From NCBI RefSeq assembly GCF_900215505.1, contig NZ_LT907844.1:4673078-4697077 (forward strand): a DNA stretch of 24,000 bases. The letters are read 5' to 3'. Made by a program: the position numbers and the translations under genes. The notes beneath the pieces were generated by a model that did not search any database, had not been told where the DNA came from, and saw only the letters and a list, made by a program, of their open reading frames with translations. Below are positions 20,612 to 24,000 of the stretch, one piece after another. This stretch comes from Cohaesibacter sp. ES.047. Its GTDB lineage: Bacteria > Pseudomonadota > Alphaproteobacteria > Rhizobiales > Cohaesibacteraceae. Every line of letters starts with the position of its first letter. Positions within the stretch are counted from its first letter, which is position 1.

Positions 20612-23600
20612 TTATTCAGCAGCGTCCGCAGGCGGTGTATCATTCGGCTCAAGGTCGAGCAGGCGCTGGCTATCTTCCAGCTCCATATTCAGACCAAGGG
20701 ACCGGATCTCCTTGACGAGGACGTTGAAGCTCTCCGGAATACCGGCTTCAAACGTATCATCGCCACGAACAATCGCTTCGTAGACCTTGGTACGGCCAGC
20801 GACGTCATCCGACTTGACGGTGAGCATTTCCTGCAAGGTGTAGGCTGCGCCATAAGCTTCCAGCGCCCAGACCTCCATCTCACCGAAGCGCTGACCACCA
20901 AACTGGGCCTTACCACCAAGCGGCTGCTGGGTAACAAGACTGTATGGGCCAATCGAACGACCGTGGATCTTCTCGTCGACCAGATGGTGCAGCTTGAGCA
21001 TATAAATATAGCCCACTGTCACCGGACGGTCGAATTGCTCGCCTGTCTGACCGTCAAAGAGCGTGGACTGCCCGGAACTATGAAGGCCCGATTTTTCCAG
21101 CATTTCAACAATGTCAGGCTCATGAGCGCCGTCAAAGACCGGCGTCGCGATGGATACGCCCTTACGAACCTGCTGCGCGATGCGGATGACGCTTTCATCA
21201 TCATGCTCAATGACTTTTAGATTCTTGCCATTGTCATGATAAACGTCACTCAGCTCTTTACGCAATGGCTCAAGGTTACCATTTTTCCGGTAGTCGTCAT
21301 ACATCTTGCCAATCTTGTGGCCCATGCCTGCACAGGCCCAGCCAAGATGGGTTTCGAGAATCTGACCAACGTTCATGCGCGACGGCACACCAAGCGGGTT
21401 CAAAACGATATCAACGTGGGTACCGTCTTCCAGATAAGGCATGTCCTCAATCGGCACGATGCGGGAAACCACACCCTTGTTGCCGTGACGACCAGCCATC
21501 TTATCACCCGGCTGAAGCTTACGCTTGATCGCGATGAAGACCTTGGCCATTTTCATGACGCCCGGCGGCAGTTCGTCACCACGCTGCAGTTTCTCGACCT
21601 TGTCGATGAAACGCTGCTCAAGACGCTTGCGGCTGTCGTCATACTGATTGCGCAGGGCTTCTACTTCACCCATCAGCTTTTCATCTTCGACAGCAAACAG
21701 CCACCACTGGCTCCGTGGGAACTCAGCCATCTCCGCCTGGGTGATGGTGGTATCCTTGCGGAAGCCTTTCGGACCAGCTGTGCCAACGTGACCATTGAGC
21801 ATGTCTGCAAGACGACCATAGACGTTGCGATCAAGGATCGCCTGTTCGTCATCACGGTCTTTCGCGAGGCGTTCAATTTCCTCACGCTCGATCGACATGG
21901 CGCGTTCGTCCTTGTCGATGCCGTGACGGTTGAACACACGAACCTCAACAACGGTACCAAAGGTTCCCGGAGGCATGCGCAGGGAGGTATCACGAACGTC
22001 GGAAGCTTTCTCACCAAAGATGGCACGCAGAAGCTTTTCTTCCGGTGTCATCGGGCTTTCGCCCTTCGGTGTAATCTTGCCGACCAGAATATCGCCCGGC
22101 TTCACTTCCGCACCAATATAGGTGATGCCAGCCTCGTCGAGATTTTTCAGAGATTCTTCCGAAACGTTCGGAATATCACGTGTGATCTCTTCTGGTCCAA
22201 GCTTGGTATCGCGGGCCATCACTTCGAATTCCTCGATATGGATCGAGGTGAAGATATCTTCCTTCACGATGCGTTCGGAAAGAAGAATGGAGTCTTCGAA
22301 GTTATAACCGTTCCAAGGCATGAAGGCCACGAGACAGTTGCGGCCTAGCGCCAGATCACCAAGATCGGTCGAAGGACCGTCCGCAATGATCTCGCCTTTG
22401 GTCACAAGATCCCCAACAGCCACGAGCGGACGCTGGTTGATGCAGGTCGACTGGTTTGAACGCTGGAATTTGGCCAGACGATAGATATCGACACCGGACT
22501 TGTTCGGGTCACGCTCTTCGGTTGCCCGAACAACGATACGGGTCGCATCCACCTGATCGACGACACCAGTACGGCTTGCAGCAATTGCGGCGCCGGAATC
22601 CCGTGCCACAATCGGCTCCATGCCCGTACCAACGAACGGCGCTTCGGCGCGCACCAGAGGCACGGCCTGACGCTGCATGTTCGAGCCCATCAGAGCGCGG
22701 TTGGCGTCATCGTTTTCAAGGAATGGAATAAGCGCCGCAGCAACAGAGACCAACTGCTTGGGCGAAACGTCCATGAAATCGACACGATCAGCCGGCGTCA
22801 GCATCACATCACCCGCATGACGGCAGATAACGGTCTCGTCAACGAAGCTGTTGTCGTTATTCAGCGGGATGTTGGCCTGAGCAACATAGTGCTTGGCCTC
22901 TTCCATTGCAGAAAGATAGATAACCTCGTCGGACACACGCCCATCTTTAACCTTGCGATAAGGCGACTCGATGAAGCCGTATTTGTTGACGCGCGCAAAA
23001 GTGGCCAGAGAGTTGATCAGACCAATGTTCGGCCCCTCGGGCGTTTCAATCGGACAGATACGGCCATAGTGAGTCGGATGCACGTCGCGCACCTCAAACC
23101 CGGCACGCTCACGGGTCAGACCACCCGGCCCAAGAGCCGAAAGACGGCGCTTGTGGGTAATTTCCGACAGCGGGTTGTTCTGGTCCATGAACTGCGAAAG
23201 CTGGGACGAGCCAAAGAACTCGCGTACGGCAGCAGCAGCCGGTTTGGCGTTGATGAGATCCTGCGGCATCACGGTGTCGATCTCGATCGAGGACATACGT
23301 TCCTTGATCGCGCGCTCCATGCGCAAAAGACCGATGCGATACTGGTTTTCCATCAGCTCGCCAACCGAACGGACACGACGGTTGCCAAGGTTGTCAATGT
23401 CGTCGATCTCGCCCTTGCCATCACGCAGATCAAGCAGAGTGCGAATGACTTCGACAATGTCTTCCTTGCGCAAAATACGAACGGTGTCCTCGACATCGAG
23501 ATCCATGCGCATGTTCATCTTGACGCGGCCAACGGCGGAAAGATCGTAACGCTCGGAATCGAAGAACAGCGATTCAAACATCGCTTCAGCAGTCTCGATG

Positions 23601-24000
23601 GTCGGCGGTTCACCGGGGCGCATCACGCGGTAGATATCGAACAGTGCGGATTCGCGATCCGAGTTCTTGTCGACAGACAGCGTGTTGCGGATATACCCAC
23701 CAACCGTAACATGGTCGATGTTGAGAACCGAAATCTCGTCGAAGCCGGAATCCTTCAGCAACTGGAGATTTTTCTCGTCGATTTCCTCACCGGCTTCAAC
23801 GAAGATCTCGCCAGAGGTCAGGCTTACAGCATCTTCAGCAAGATATTTGCCATGCAGATCAATGTCATCAACCTTGAGGTAGGTCAGGCCACCCTCGGTC
23901 AGTTTCTTGATCTGACGCGCGGTCAGCTTCTTGCCAGCTTCAAAGACCACTTCACCGGTCAGGGCATCGACAAGATCTGTATCCGGCTTGGTTCCCTTGA
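20612..24000 (-). CDS. rpoB: DNA-directed RNA polymerase subunit beta (partial; N-terminus beyond the window edge)
   Basis: The ORF-track start at 23950 is an internal GTG. The frame stays open to 24000 (reading ...[25 protein letters not shown]). Hallmarks are [53 protein letters not shown] and GRHGNKGV. Confidence 0.98.
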   Translation of the reverse strand, partial: KGTKPDTDLVDALTGEVVFEAGKKLTARQIKKLTEGGLTYLKVDDIDLHGKYLAEDAVSLTSGEIFVEAGEEIDEKNLQLLKDSGFDEISVLNIDHVTVGGYIRNTLSVDKNSDRESALFDIYRVMRPGEPPTIETAEAMFESLFFDSERYDLSAVGRVKMNMRMDLDVEDTVRILRKEDIVEVIRTLLDLRDGKGEIDDIDNLGNRRVRSVGELMENQYRIGLLRMERAIKERMSSIEIDTVMPQDLINAKPAAAAVREFFGSSQLSQFMDQNNPLSEITHKRRLSALGPGGLTRERAGFEVRDVHPTHYGRICPIETPEGPNIGLINSLATFARVNKYGFIESPYRKVKDGRVSDEVIYLSAMEEAKHYVAQANIPLNNDNSFVDETVICRHAGDVMLTPADRVDFMDVSPKQLVSVAAALIPFLENDDANRALMGSNMQRQAVPLVRAEAPFVGTGMEPIVARDSGAAIAASRTGVVDQVDATRIVVRATEERDPNKSGVDIYRLAKFQRSNQSTCINQRPLVAVGDLVTKGEIIADGPSTDLGDLALGRNCLVAFMPWNGYNFEDSILLSERIVKEDIFTSIHIEEFEVMARDTKLGPEEITRDIPNVSEESLKNLDEAGITYIGAEVKPGDILVGKITPKGESPMTPEEKLLRAIFGEKASDVRDTSLRMPPGTFGTVVEVRVFNRHGIDKDERAMSIEREEIERLAKDRDDEQAILDRNVYGRLADMLNGHVGTAGPKGFRKDTTITQAEMAEFPRSQWWLFAVEDEKLMGEVEALRNQYDDSRKRLEQRFIDKVEKLQRGDELPPGVMKMAKVFIAIKRKLQPGDKMAGRHGNKGVVSRIVPIEDMPYLEDGTHVDIVLNPLGVPSRMNVGQILETHLGWACAGMGHKIGKMYDDYRKNGNLEPLRKELSDVYHDNGKNLKVIEHDDESVIRIAQQVRKGVSIATPVFDGAHEPDIVEMLEKSGLHSSGQSTLFDGQTGEQFDRPVTVGYIYMLKLHHLVDEKIHGRSIGPYSLVTQQPLGGKAQFGGQRFGEMEVWALEAYGAAYTLQEMLTVKSDDVAGRTKVYEAIVRGDDTFEAGIPESFNVLVKEIRSLGLNMELEDSQRLLDLEPNDTPPADAAE

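Noticed and set aside
23132-23212. I looked for antibiotic-resistance alleles in the rpoB rifampicin-resistance region and in the rpsL streptomycin sites (14672-15043).
   Set aside because: rpoB reads [32 protein letters not shown], with the canonical D, H and S positions unchanged. S12 retains TTPKKPNSA and [10 protein letters not shown]. These are wild-type, susceptible-type sequences, so there is nothing to report.

Overview
This window is an almost uninterrupted block of core genes, all on the minus strand. In transcription order (right to left): rpoB (5' end beyond 24000), rpoC, an intrinsic terminator, one small non-core ORF, then rpsL-rpsG-fusA-tuf, rpsJ-rplC-rplD-rplW-rplB-rpsS-rplV-rpsC-rplP-rpmC-rpsQ, rplN-rplX-rplE-rpsN-rpsH-rplF-rplR-rpsE-rpmD-rplO, and secY (3' end beyond position 1). 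These are the RNA polymerase beta/beta-prime genes followed by the fused str, S10 and spc ribosomal-protein operons. The protein sequences (S12, EF-Tu, beta-prime N-terminus MNQEVMNLF, extended S3/L3 tails) look alphaproteobacterial to me, but I cannot assign a genus. I see no tRNA/rRNA genes, CRISPR array, transposase, integrase or recognisable defence or secondary-metabolite system, so I cannot support a claim of a novel multi-gene system here. The only accessory content is the 1.26-kb rpoC-rpsL gap. It holds a 177-aa (or 165-aa) signal-peptide-bearing protein that resembles the DUF1566/Lcl C-terminal family, plus about 590 bp of ORF-poor spacer. That spacer contains a 19-bp direct repeat, a cluster of GANTC motifs, overlapping TTGAC palindromes and a candidate promoter. 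Smaller structural signals are a hairpin plus U-run and a 20-bp-phased repeat between rplO and secY, a stem-loop with alternative pairing between tuf and rpsJ, and an rpoB-rpoC intercistronic hairpin. Three ORF-track starts (rplC, rpsQ, rpoC) are corrected to downstream ATGs with good Shine-Dalgarno sequences, and rplE probably starts one codon later. The long plus-strand ORFs are codon-aligned antisense artefacts.
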